Notes: generated by a model from the letters alone, not told the origin. A stretch of 32,000 nt of DNA from Pseudomonas aeruginosa (GCF_001457615.1 NZ_LN831024.1:3570001-3602000), one strand, 5' to 3'; shown: positions 1 to 8,462, counted from the stretch's first letter. Program-made: numbers and translations.

Positions 1-20
1 AAGCGCCCCGCGGGGCGCTT
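1..20. terminator. Palindromic hairpin, probable terminator at the end of the miaE unit
   Basis: AAGCGCCCCG/CGGGGCGCTT is a perfect 10-bp palindrome at the window edge, followed by TTCTTGTTT and lying just downstream of the minus-strand stop at 34. Truncated by the window. Confidence 0.5.
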
Positions 21-33
21 TCTTGTTTCCGGC

Positions 34-645
34 TCAGGCCACCAGGTCCACCGGGAGGCCGCTATGGAAGCGGAATTCGTTGTCCGGACTGCTGATCAGC
101 TCGGCCTCCTTGGCCCGCACCACCTCGATCGTCCGCTCCACGTCGGCCTCGTCGCCGTACTGGTAGGCCAGCTTCAGGTAGTCCTGGAAATGCCGCGACT
201 CGGACTTCAGCAAACCGCCGTAGAATTTCGCCAGCTCCGCGTCCAGGTGCGGCACCAGGGCGGCGAAGCGCTCGCAGGAACGCGCCTCGATGAAGGCGCC
301 GACCACCAGCGTATCGGTCAGCCGCTGCGGCTCCTGCTTGCGCACCAGGTCGCGCAGCGCCGAGGCGTAGCGGGAGGCGCTGACATTGACCACCGGGATA
401 CCGCGTTTCTTCAGGATCGCCAGCACCTGCTCGAAGTGGCGCAGCTCCTCGCGCGCCAGGCGGCTCATCTTGTTCACCAGGTCCAGGCGGCCGGAGTACT
501 TGCCGATCAGTTGCATCGCCGTCGCCGCGGCCTTCATCTCGCAGGCCTTGTGGTCCAGCAGCATGACGTCCTGGCGCTCCAGGGCCGCCTCGACCCAGGC
601 GGCGGGAGTGGAACAGGCAAGGAATTGGTCGATCTCGGGCAACAT
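34..645 (-). CDS. miaE: tRNA-(ms2io6A)-hydroxylase (MiaE-like diiron protein)
   Basis: Translation MLPEIDQFLACSTPAAWVEAALERQDVMLLDHKACEMKAAATAMQLI...EELRHFEQV...SESRHFQDYLKLA matches the MiaE family with E/ExxH iron ligands. The ORF track allows a start at 657; ATG at 645 is also in frame. Confidence 0.9.
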   Translation of the reverse strand: MLPEIDQFLACSTPAAWVEAALERQDVMLLDHKACEMKAAATAMQLIGKYSGRLDLVNKMSRLAREELRHFEQVLAILKKRGIPVVNVSASRYASALRDLVRKQEPQRLTDTLVVGAFIEARSCERFAALVPHLDAELAKFYGGLLKSESRHFQDYLKLAYQYGDEADVERTIEVVRAKEAELISSPDNEFRFHSGLPVDLVA

Positions 646-748
646 GGTGCAGGTCACTCATTCTGGAAAGGGCCTGCCATGACGCTGGTCGGGGCAGGAA
701 AGGCGGAGCATTATACGGAAGCTGCGGCGGTCGGGCAGGCCGACCCGT

Positions 749-762
749 TTGATATGCATCAA
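749..762 (+). promoter_or_regulatory. Anr/FNR-type binding site (TTGAT-ATGC-ATCAA)
   Basis: Perfect match to the TTGATN4ATCAA consensus. The centre is about 41 bp upstream of the +1 inferred from a TAGAGT -10-like hexamer at 784-789. Confidence 0.85.
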
Positions 763-827
763 GAGCAGCGGCTGGATTGCGTCTAGAGTTGTTTCAGCGA
801 TAACCACAAGCACTCAGGGAGACGATC

Positions 828-1691
828 ATGCAAGCCATTCGCAGCATCCTCGTGGTGATTGAACCGGACCAGCTGGAAGGTCTCGCCCTGAAACGGGCAC
901 AACTGATCGCCGGCGTGACCCAGTCGCACCTGCACCTGCTGGTCTGCGAGAAGCGCCGCGACCACAGCGCCGCTCTCAACGACCTGGCCCAGGAGCTGCG
1001 CGAGGAAGGCTACAGCGTCTCGACCAACCAGGCCTGGAAGGACTCCCTGCACCAGACCATCATCGCCGAGCAACAGGCCGAAGGCTGCGGGCTGATCATC
1101 AAGCAGCACTTTCCCGACAACCCGCTGAAAAAGGCCATCCTCACCCCGGACGACTGGAAGCTGCTGCGCTTCGCGCCCTGTCCGGTACTGATGACCAAGA
1201 CCGCCCGGCCCTGGACGGGCGGAAAGATCCTCGCCGCGGTCGACGTCGGCAACAACGACGGCGAGCACCGCTCCCTGCACGCCGGGATCATCAGCCATGC
1301 CTACGACATCGCCGGCCTGGCCAAGGCCACGCTGCACGTGATCAGCGCCCACCCCTCGCCGATGCTCTCCTCCGCCGACCCGACCTTCCAGCTCAGCGAA
1401 ACCATCGAGGCCCGCTATCGCGAGGCCTGCCGCACCTTCCAGGCCGAGTACGGTTTCAGCGACGAACAATTGCACATCGAGGAAGGTCCGGCCGACGTGC
1501 TGATCCCGCGCACCGCGCAGAAGCTCGACGCGGTGGTCACCGTGATCGGCACCGTGGCGCGCACCGGGTTGTCCGGCGCGCTGATCGGCAATACCGCGGA
1601 AGTGGTGCTGGATACCCTGGAAAGCGACGTGCTGGTGTTGAAGCCGGACGACATCATCGCCCACCTGGAGGAGCTGGCCAGCAAGGAGTGA
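828..1691 (+). CDS. Universal stress protein, tandem UspA-like domains
   Basis: MQAIRSILVVIEPDQLEGLALKRAQLI... with second-half nucleotide-loop-like motif GTVARTGLSGALIGNTAEVVLDTLESDVLVLKP. RBS GGGAGA upstream of ATG. Confidence 0.9.
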   Translation: MQAIRSILVVIEPDQLEGLALKRAQLIAGVTQSHLHLLVCEKRRDHSAALNDLAQELREEGYSVSTNQAWKDSLHQTIIAEQQAEGCGLIIKQHFPDNPLKKAILTPDDWKLLRFAPCPVLMTKTARPWTGGKILAAVDVGNNDGEHRSLHAGIISHAYDIAGLAKATLHVISAHPSPMLSSADPTFQLSETIEARYREACRTFQAEYGFSDEQLHIEEGPADVLIPRTAQKLDAVVTVIGTVARTGLSGALIGNTAEVVLDTLESDVLVLKPDDIIAHLEELASKE

Positions 1692-1710
1692 CCGCTGGTC
1701 GGACGAAAAC

Positions 1711-1731
1711 GCCGCCCAAGGGCGGCTTTTT
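1711..1731 (+). terminator. Rho-independent terminator after the usp gene
   Basis: GCCGCC CAAG GGCGGC TTTTT. Confidence 0.85.
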
Positions 1732-1746
1732 CGCTGGAGACACCGC

Positions 1747-2214
1747 CTATCTGTCGATCGCCTGCAGGAACGAGGGCGCGATGTAGCGCTGGTAATGCGC
1801 TTCCGACAGCAGGAAGAATTCCCGGTCGATGGCATCGCGCAGGTCCGGCAGGCTCCAGTCGCGGAATTCCGGCAGCAGTGCCACGCCGTAGGCTTCGATC
1901 TGGTTGATCAGCCGGGAACCGCGGGCGATCAACTGGTAGGCCCAGCAATAGGGAGACTGCTCGGGGACGAAACGGATCTGCCGCTGCTCCAGTTGCAGGC
2001 GCAGGCGCGCGGCGTCGAAGACTTCCAGCTTGGCGGCCATCACCTGGGCCAGCAACTGCTCAAGGCGACTCCAGACAGCCCGCTTTTCCTCGGCGTCGTA
2101 GAGGTTCCAGTTGACCACCTCATGGTGGAAACGCTTGCAGCCACGGCATACCAGGTCGCCGTATACCGTGGAGCAAAGCCCTACGCAGGGGGTTTTGATT
2201 CTTTGCGAAGACAT
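1747..2214 (-). CDS. DUF1289-containing protein
   Basis: N-terminal TPCVGLCSTVYGDLVCRGCKRFHHEVVNW is the Cys-rich DUF1289 signature. Confidence 0.8.
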   Translation of the reverse strand: MSSQRIKTPCVGLCSTVYGDLVCRGCKRFHHEVVNWNLYDAEEKRAVWSRLEQLLAQVMAAKLEVFDAARLRLQLEQRQIRFVPEQSPYCWAYQLIARGSRLINQIEAYGVALLPEFRDWSLPDLRDAIDREFFLLSEAHYQRYIAPSFLQAIDR

Positions 2215-2353
2215 GGCCGGGACAACGAAAACAAAGCGGCATCTTAGCCCTTTGTCTAATCAAGTTCACCCCGTGGTTCCTAGGGTTTCCGACTTAACTT
2301 TGCGTCGAGTTTCCAGTAACATTGGCCCGCCTTTTTAGGCGCCAATGTCCGTT

Positions 2354-2476
2354 AGAAGCTGTTTTCAAAGCGTCACGAGCACAGTTTCCGGCAGGTACGC
2401 TGGCGACGGCGCCTCCCTCAAGCGTCTCGCCAGCCCCACCCCAGCCCGCCGGCGTAAAACTTTGAAAACAGCTTCT
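2354..2476. repeat. 123-bp palindromic element with perfect 17-bp terminal inverted repeats and an inner 8-bp stem
   Basis: AGAAGCTGTTTTCAAAG (2354-2370) and CTTTGAAAACAGCTTCT (2460-2476) are exact reverse complements. Inner GCTGGCGA (2399-2406) pairs with TCGCCAGC (2427-2434). Confidence 0.8.
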
Positions 2477-2595
2477 GTCTGGAACCTGCCGATGCCCTCG
2501 TAGGTTGGTGGATTACCGTCCACCTGGGCCTGACGAGCGGATCTGCGTCGGTTCCTGGATACGTGTCCCCCGGGACCACTGATGAGGGAAATACT

Positions 2596-5204
2596 GTGCT
2601 TGAAGCCTACCGCAAACACGTAGAAGAGCGTGCCGCCCAGGGTGTCGTGCCCCAACCGCTGAACGCCGAACAGACCGCAGGCCTGGTCGAGCTGCTGAAG
2701 AACCCGCCGGCCGGCGAAGAAGAATTCCTCCTTGACCTGATCACCAACCGCGTACCGCCGGGCGTCGACGAAGCCGCCTACGTCAAGGCCGGTTTCCTTT
2801 CCGCCATCGTCAAGGGCGAAGCCACCTCCCCCCTTATCGACAAGCAACGTGCCGCCGAGCTGCTGGGCACCATGCAGGGCGGCTACAACATCGCCACCTT
2901 GGTCGAGCTGCTGGACGACGCCGAACTGGCCAACACCGCCGCCGAACAGCTGAAGCACACCCTGCTGATGTTCGACGCCTTCCACGACGTCGCCGAGCGC
3001 GCCAAGAAGGGCAATGCCGCGGCCAAGTCCGTGCTGCAATCCTGGGCCGATGGCGAGTGGTTCAAGGCCAAGCCGGAAGTCCCGGAAAAGCTGACTCTCA
3101 CCGTATTCAAGGTCCCCGGCGAAACCAACACCGACGACCTCTCCCCGGCCCCGACGCCTGGTCGCGCCCGGACATCCCGCTGCACGCCCTGGCCATGCTG
3201 AAGATGGCCCGCGACGGCATCGAGCCGGTCCAGCCGGGTTCGGTCGGTCCGCTGAAGCAGATCGAAGCGGTCAAGGCCAAGGGCTTCCCGGTCGCCTACG
3301 TCGGCGACGTGGTCGGCACCGGTTCCTCGCGCAAATCCGCCACCAACTCGGTGCTGTGGTTCTTCGGCGACGACATTCCGTTCGTGCCGAACAAGCGTGC
3401 CGGCGGCTTCTGCTTCGGCACCAAGATCGCACCGATCTTCTACAACACCATGGAAGATGCCGGCGCCCTGCCGATCGAGTTCGACTGCACCAACCTGGCC
3501 ATGGGCGACGTCATCGACGTATACCCCTATGAAGGCAAGGTCGTTCGCCACGACAGCGGCGAAGTGGTCACCACCTTCGAGCTGAAGACCCCGGTCCTGC
3601 TCGACGAAGTCCGCGCCGGCGGCCGTATCCCGCTGATCGTCGGCCGTGGCCTGACCGAGAAGGCCCGCGCCGAGCTGGGCCTGGGCGCCTCCGACCTGTT
3701 CCGCAAGCCGGAAGCACCGGCCGATAGCGGCAAGGGCTTCACCCTGGCGCAGAAAATGGTCGGCCGCGCCTGCGGTCTGCCGGAAGGCCAGGGCGTGCGC
3801 CCGGGCACCTACTGCGAACCGAAGATGACCACCGTCGGTTCCCAGGACACCACCGGCCCGATGACCCGCGACGAACTGAAGGACCTCGCCTGCCTCGGCT
3901 TCTCCGCCGACCTGGTGATGCAGTCCTTCTGCCACACCGCGGCCTATCCGAAGCCGATCGACGTCAAGACCCACCACACCCTGCCCGACTTCATCATGAC
4001 CCGTGGCGGCGTGTCGCTGCGTCCGGGCGACGGCATCATCCACAGCTGGCTGAACCGCATGCTGCTGCCCGATACCGTTGGTACCGGCGGCGACTCGCAC
4101 ACCCGCTTCCCGATCGGCATCTCGTTCCCGGCCGGCTCCGGCCTGGTGGCCTTCGCCGCCGCCACCGGCGTGATGCCGCTGGACATGCCGGAGTCGGTGC
4201 TGGTGCGCTTCAAGGGCAAGCTGCAACCGGGCATCACCCTGCGTGACCTGGTCCATGCGATCCCTTACTACGCGATCCAGCAGGGCCTGCTGACCGTCGA
4301 GAAGAAAGGCAAGAAGAACATCTTCTCCGGCCGCATCCTCGAGATCGAAGGCCTCAACGACCTGACCGTGGAGCAGGCCTTCGAGCTGTCCGACGCCTCG
4401 GCCGAGCGTTCCGCCGCCGGCTGCACCATCAAGCTGCCGGAACAGGCGATCGCCGAGTACCTGAAGTCCAACATCACCCTGCTGCGCTGGATGATCGGCG
4501 AAGGCTACGGCGACCCGCGCACCCTGGAGCGTCGCGCCCAGGCGATGGAAGCCTGGCTGGCCAAGCCGGAGCTGCTGAAAGCCGACAAGGACGCCGAGTA
4601 CGCCGCGGTGATCGAGATCGACCTGGCCGACGTCAAGGAGCCGGTGCTCTGCGCGCCGAACGATCCGGACGACGCGCGTCTGCTGTCGAGCGTACAGGGC
4701 CGCAAGATCGATGAAGTGTTCATCGGCTCCTGCATGACCAACATCGGTCACTTCCGCGCCGCCGGCAAGCTGCTGGACAAGGTCAAGGGCGGTATCCCGA
4801 CCCGTCTGTGGCTGGCTCCGCCGACCAAGATGGACGCCCACCAGCTGACCGAGGAAGGCTACTACGGCATCTACGGCAAGGCTGGCGCGCGCATGGAAAT
4901 GCCGGGCTGCTCGCTGTGCATGGGCAACCAGGCTCGCGTCCAGACCGGTTCCACCGTGGTCTCCACTTCGACCCGTAACTTCCCGAACCGTCTGGGCGAT
5001 GCCACCGATGTGTTCCTGGCATCGGCCGAGCTGGCGGCGGTCTCCTCGATCCTCGGCAAACTGCCGACCGTGGAGGAGTACATGGCCTACGCGAAGGACA
5101 TCGACAGCATGGCTGCCGACGTCTACCGCTACCTCAGCTTCGACCAGATCGCCGAGTTCCGCGAAGCGGCTGCGAACGCCAAGATCCCGGTCGTCCAGGC
5201 CTGA
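2596..5204 (+). pseudogene. acnB: Aconitate hydratase B, interrupted by an apparent -1 nt frameshift near 3149-3152 (possible assembly error)
   Basis: GTG start MLEAYRKHVEERAAQGVVPQPLNAEQTAGLVELLKNPPAG...[14 protein letters not shown] continues in another frame as [33 protein letters not shown]...[23 protein letters not shown]. Total length is 2609 nt, which is 1 nt short of a multiple of 3. Confidence 0.95.
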
Positions 5205-5222
5205 TCCAGCGACGCGTCGAAC

Positions 5223-5248
5223 AAGCCCCGCCCCGTGCGGGGCTTTTT
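5223..5248 (+). terminator. Rho-independent terminator after acnB
   Basis: AAGCCCCG CCCCGTG CGGGGCTT TTT. Confidence 0.85.
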
Positions 5249-5276
5249 CTTGCCCGGCGAAAACCCCCGCGCCGCC

Positions 5277-5292
5277 TGGCATAGCGCTTGCT
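5277..5292 (+). promoter_or_regulatory. Putative sigma-54 (-24/-12) promoter for nasST
   Basis: CTGGCATAGCGCTTGCT: GG (5278-5279)-N10-GC (5290-5291), close to YTGGCACGNNNNTTGCW. Located 91 nt upstream of the nasS ATG. Confidence 0.65.
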
Positions 5293-5381
5293 GTGGCAGC
5301 TATGGAAAAGCGCGCCGACGACGGCGCCGGCGCACTGGAAAACGGGACGGCCCGCGCCGCCCTCCCGCACTCGAGGTGGTG

Positions 5382-6590
5382 ATGACAGACAGAGCGATAC
5401 GCAGCCAGGCCTGGGCCGGCGGTTCCGACGCACCGGAAAAGAGCGCCCTGGACATCGGTTTCATGGCGCTGACCGATTCGGCCTCGCTGATCGTGGCCGC
5501 CACCCAGGGCTTCGCCCAGCCCTACGGCCTCACGCTCAATCTCAGGCGCCAACCGTCCTGGGCCGCCTTGCGCGACAAGCTGCTCAGCGGCGAGCTGGAT
5601 GCCGCGCAGTGCCTGTACGGGCTGGTCTACGGCGTCCAGCTCGGCCTCGGCGGCAGCGCGGCAAGCGAGATGGCGGTGCTCATGGGACTGTGCCAGAACG
5701 GCCAGGCGATCAATCTTTCCGAACCGCTGAAGCAGGCTGGCGTGACCAGTGCGGAGGCACTGCTCCGGCATCGGCGCCAGAATGGTGCACGCCTGACCCT
5801 GGCGCAGACCTTTCCCACCGGTACCCACGCGCTCTGGCTGAACTACTGGCTGGCGAGCATCGGTCTGCATCCGCTGCACGACGTGCACAGCGTGGTGGTT
5901 CCACCGGCGCAGATGGTCGGCCATCTCCAGGCCGGGCGCATCGACGGGTTCTGCGCCGGCGGTCCCTGGGGCGCCCTGGCCGTGGACCAGGGCCAGGGCT
6001 TCACCATCGCCACCAGCCAGGCGATCTGGCCGGACCACCCGGAAAAGGTCCTCGGCACTACCCGCGCCTTCGTCGACGCCTACCCGAACACCGCCCGCGC
6101 GCTGGTCATGGCGGTCCTCGACGCCAGCCGCTTCATCGAACAGAACGCCGAGAACCGCCTGGGCACCGCGCAACTGATCAGCGGCCGCGACTATGTCGAC
6201 GCTCCGCTCGGCGCGATCCAGCCGCGCTTCTTCGGCCGCTACCAGGACGGCCTCGGCAACGCCTGGCAGGACCCGCATCCGCTGCGTTTCTATGCCGACG
6301 GCGAAGTCAACCGGCCCTGGCTCTCGGATGGCATGTGGTTCATGACCCAATTCCGCCGCTGGGGCCTGCTGCGCGAAGACCCGGACTACCTGGGCATCGC
6401 CCGCAGGGTCCAGCAGACCGCGCTGTACCGCGATGCCGCGACGGCCCTTGGCCTGTGCCTGGACGGCGCCGACATGCGCCGCTCGACACTGATCGACGGG
6501 CGCACCTGGGACGGCAGCGACCCCGCCGGCTACGCCCGCAGCTTCCCGATCCACGCCCTGGCCGAAACCGGCCAGGGCATCGACCTCTGA
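5382..6590 (+). CDS. nasS: Nitrate/nitrite sensor NasS (NrtA-like binding protein, no signal peptide)
   Basis: DIGFMALTDSASLIVAATQGFAQPYGLTLNLRRQPSWAALRDKLLSGELDAAQCLYGLVYGVQLG... is NrtA/NasS-like. Adjacent to nasT. Confidence 0.92.
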   Translation: MTDRAIRSQAWAGGSDAPEKSALDIGFMALTDSASLIVAATQGFAQPYGLTLNLRRQPSWAALRDKLLSGELDAAQCLYGLVYGVQLGLGGSAASEMAVLMGLCQNGQAINLSEPLKQAGVTSAEALLRHRRQNGARLTLAQTFPTGTHALWLNYWLASIGLHPLHDVHSVVVPPAQMVGHLQAGRIDGFCAGGPWGALAVDQGQGFTIATSQAIWPDHPEKVLGTTRAFVDAYPNTARALVMAVLDASRFIEQNAENRLGTAQLISGRDYVDAPLGAIQPRFFGRYQDGLGNAWQDPHPLRFYADGEVNRPWLSDGMWFMTQFRRWGLLREDPDYLGIARRVQQTALYRDAATALGLCLDGADMRRSTLIDGRTWDGSDPAGYARSFPIHALAETGQGIDL

Positions 6591-6606
6591 CCCTGGTGCG
6601 CCCGCC

Positions 6607-7185
6607 ATGCTGCGTATCCTGCTGATCGACGACACGCCGAAGAAAGTCGGACGCCTCAGGGCCGCCCTGCTCGAGAGCGGTTTCGAAGTGGTGGACGAGT
6701 CGGGGTTGACCATCGACCTGCCGGCGCGCGTCGAAGCGCTGCGTCCCGACGTGATCCTGATCGACACGGAGTCTCCCGGCCGCGACGTGATGGAGCAGGT
6801 CTGCCTGGTCAGCCGCGACCAGCCGCGCCCGATCGTGATGTTCACCGACGAGCACGATCCGGGAGTGATGCGCCGCGCCATCCAGTCCGGGGTCAGCGCC
6901 TACATCGTCGAAGGCATCCAGGCCAGCCGCCTGCAACCGATCCTCGACGTCGCCATGGCGCGCTTCGAGAGCGACCAGGCGCTGCGCGCTCAACTGCAGG
7001 CGCGCGAGGCGCAGCTGGCCGAGCGCAAGCGCATCGAGCTGGCCAAGGGCCTGCTGATGAAGATGAAGCATTGCGGCGAGGAGGAGGCCTACACGCTGAT
7101 GCGACGCCAGGCCATGAGCCGCCAGCAGAAGCTGATCCAGGTCGCCGAGCAGATCATCGCCATGCACGACATGCTCGGCGGCTGA
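6607..7185 (+). CDS. nasT: ANTAR-domain RNA-binding response regulator NasT
   Basis: MLRILLIDDTPKKVGRLRAALLESG receiver-like N-terminus. C-terminus RIELAKGLLMKMKHCGEEEAYTLMRRQAMSRQQKLIQVAEQIIAM is a typical ANTAR domain. Confidence 0.95.
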   Translation: MLRILLIDDTPKKVGRLRAALLESGFEVVDESGLTIDLPARVEALRPDVILIDTESPGRDVMEQVCLVSRDQPRPIVMFTDEHDPGVMRRAIQSGVSAYIVEGIQASRLQPILDVAMARFESDQALRAQLQAREAQLAERKRIELAKGLLMKMKHCGEEEAYTLMRRQAMSRQQKLIQVAEQIIAMHDMLGG

Positions 7186-7198
7186 ATCCGGCTGGGCA

Positions 7199-7219
7199 GC
7201 TGGCGATCATATCGCCAGC
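7199..7219 (+). repeat. Perfect 9-bp hairpin downstream of nasT
   Basis: GCTGGCGAT CAT ATCGCCAGC with no U tract. Possible transcript 3'-end stabiliser or weak terminator. Confidence 0.5.
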
Positions 7220-7414
7220 CACCCTGCTGGCCCCCGGCGCAGAGCGGCGCGGCTATGCTCGTGCGCCCGGAACGGCCCTATCCGTTCTGGGAGCTACCCC
7301 CTCGCCACCCTCGACTAGCATGACCAGGGAGGCCCGCAGTGGACGCCCAGGGCTAGGAGCCGCAGGCGTCCGCCCGAACCGCACCGCCGACTCAGCGGTC
7401 AGGAGATGCTCAGC

Positions 7415-8110
7415 ATGATCGATCTCAGCACCTGGAACCTTACCATTCCCACCGAACCCACCCCGCAGGTGATCACCACCCAGCAACTCAACAACGGCTA
7501 CCAGAGCCGGTACTTCCAGCAAGGCAACGATGGCGGCCTGGTCTTCTGGGTGCCCATCGACGGCTCGCACACCGAGGACAGCACCTATCCTCGCACCGAA
7601 CTGCGCGAAACCCAGGCCGACGGCAGCCTCGACAACTGGTACTACTGGCAGGCCGACAACGAACTGCGGGTGACCATGAGCGTCGAGAAGGTCCCCTCGA
7701 AGAACAAGGTGATCATCGGCCAGATCCACAGCAAGTCGCCACAGACCGACGACGGCGAACCTCTGGTGAAGCTGCAGTACTACTACAAGCCCGAGGAAGG
7801 CCTCGGCCGGGTCGAGGCGCTGGTACGCAACCACCCGGACGATTCCTATAGCCGCAACGTGTCGATCCTCGAGCAGGTACGCCTGGGCGAGCGTTTCAAC
7901 TACAGCCTGCGCGTCACCTCCAGCGGCGAGTTGGCGGTGCGCGCACGCAGCCAGGACGGCGAAGAGGACGCTTACTACCAGACCCTCGGCAGCGCCTGGA
8001 ACGACCAGTTGCTCTATTTCAAGGCCGGCGCCTACGTGAACGACAACGCCGGCGACAGCGGCGAAGGCAGCCGCGTGACCATCTACCACCTGAACACCGC
8101 CCATCGCTGA
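7415..8110 (+). CDS. Polysaccharide lyase family 7 (alginate lyase-like), no recognisable signal peptide
   Basis: STYPRTELRE, KVIIGQIHSK and YFKAGAYVNDN are PL7 signature motifs. The N-terminus MIDLSTWNLTIP begins directly in the catalytic fold. An in-frame ATG at 7406 also exists. Confidence 0.9.
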   Translation: MIDLSTWNLTIPTEPTPQVITTQQLNNGYQSRYFQQGNDGGLVFWVPIDGSHTEDSTYPRTELRETQADGSLDNWYYWQADNELRVTMSVEKVPSKNKVIIGQIHSKSPQTDDGEPLVKLQYYYKPEEGLGRVEALVRNHPDDSYSRNVSILEQVRLGERFNYSLRVTSSGELAVRARSQDGEEDAYYQTLGSAWNDQLLYFKAGAYVNDNAGDSGEGSRVTIYHLNTAHR

Positions 8111-8234
8111 AGCGCCGACGGCGCACGGACGCGCCGCCCCAGCCCTGTGCAAGCCCCCGACGCCTGCCACCGCGGCGTGCACGCCGACGCCATGGTTGTC
8201 CCTGCAACCGCTCTACGCCGCGCTTTCGACAACT

Positions 8235-8250
8235 TGGCAAAGAGCTTGCT
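8235..8250 (+). promoter_or_regulatory. Putative sigma-54 promoter upstream of the nasA leader
   Basis: TTGGCAAAGAGCTTGCT: GG (8236-8237)-N10-GC (8248-8249). Predicted +1 is about 8261. Confidence 0.75.
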
Positions 8251-8264
8251 ACGTCCTGCCTGAC

Positions 8265-8304
8265 GGTAGCCAACGGCGGTTACCCATCCCCGACAAAGAC
8301 GTCG
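8265..8304 (+). ncRNA. Candidate ANTAR (NasT) target RNA: twin hexaloop hairpins in the nasA leader
   Basis: P1 GGTAGCC[AACGGC]GGTTACC (8265-8284), 6-nt linker, P2 CGAC[AAAGAC]GTCG (8291-8304). Both loops have A1 and G4, as in ANTAR target RNAs. Confidence 0.7.
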
Positions 8305-8462
8305 CGCGGCCTCTCCTTCCCGGCAGAGGCCCGTGGCGTCTTCGTCGTTTCGCCCCAGCGTCGGGGCGGGTGGGTGGTCCGCTGTCGGACGCTCACCTTG
8401 TAGCGATGCAACTTCCGCCGGGCGGCCGTTCCGCCCCGATTCCGCTGGATACGAGGTGTTCG

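Noticed and set aside
3140-3201. Programmed ribosomal frameshift in acnB
   Set aside because: No slippery heptamer or downstream pseudoknot is apparent, and AcnB is not known to need frameshifting; a 1-nt homopolymer deletion explains it simply.
2883-6881. 1332-aa minus-strand ORF overlapping acnB and nasS
   Set aside because: Low-complexity Ala/Gly/Arg/His/Val-rich translation antisense to clear coding genes; a high-GC artefact of strong GC3 bias.
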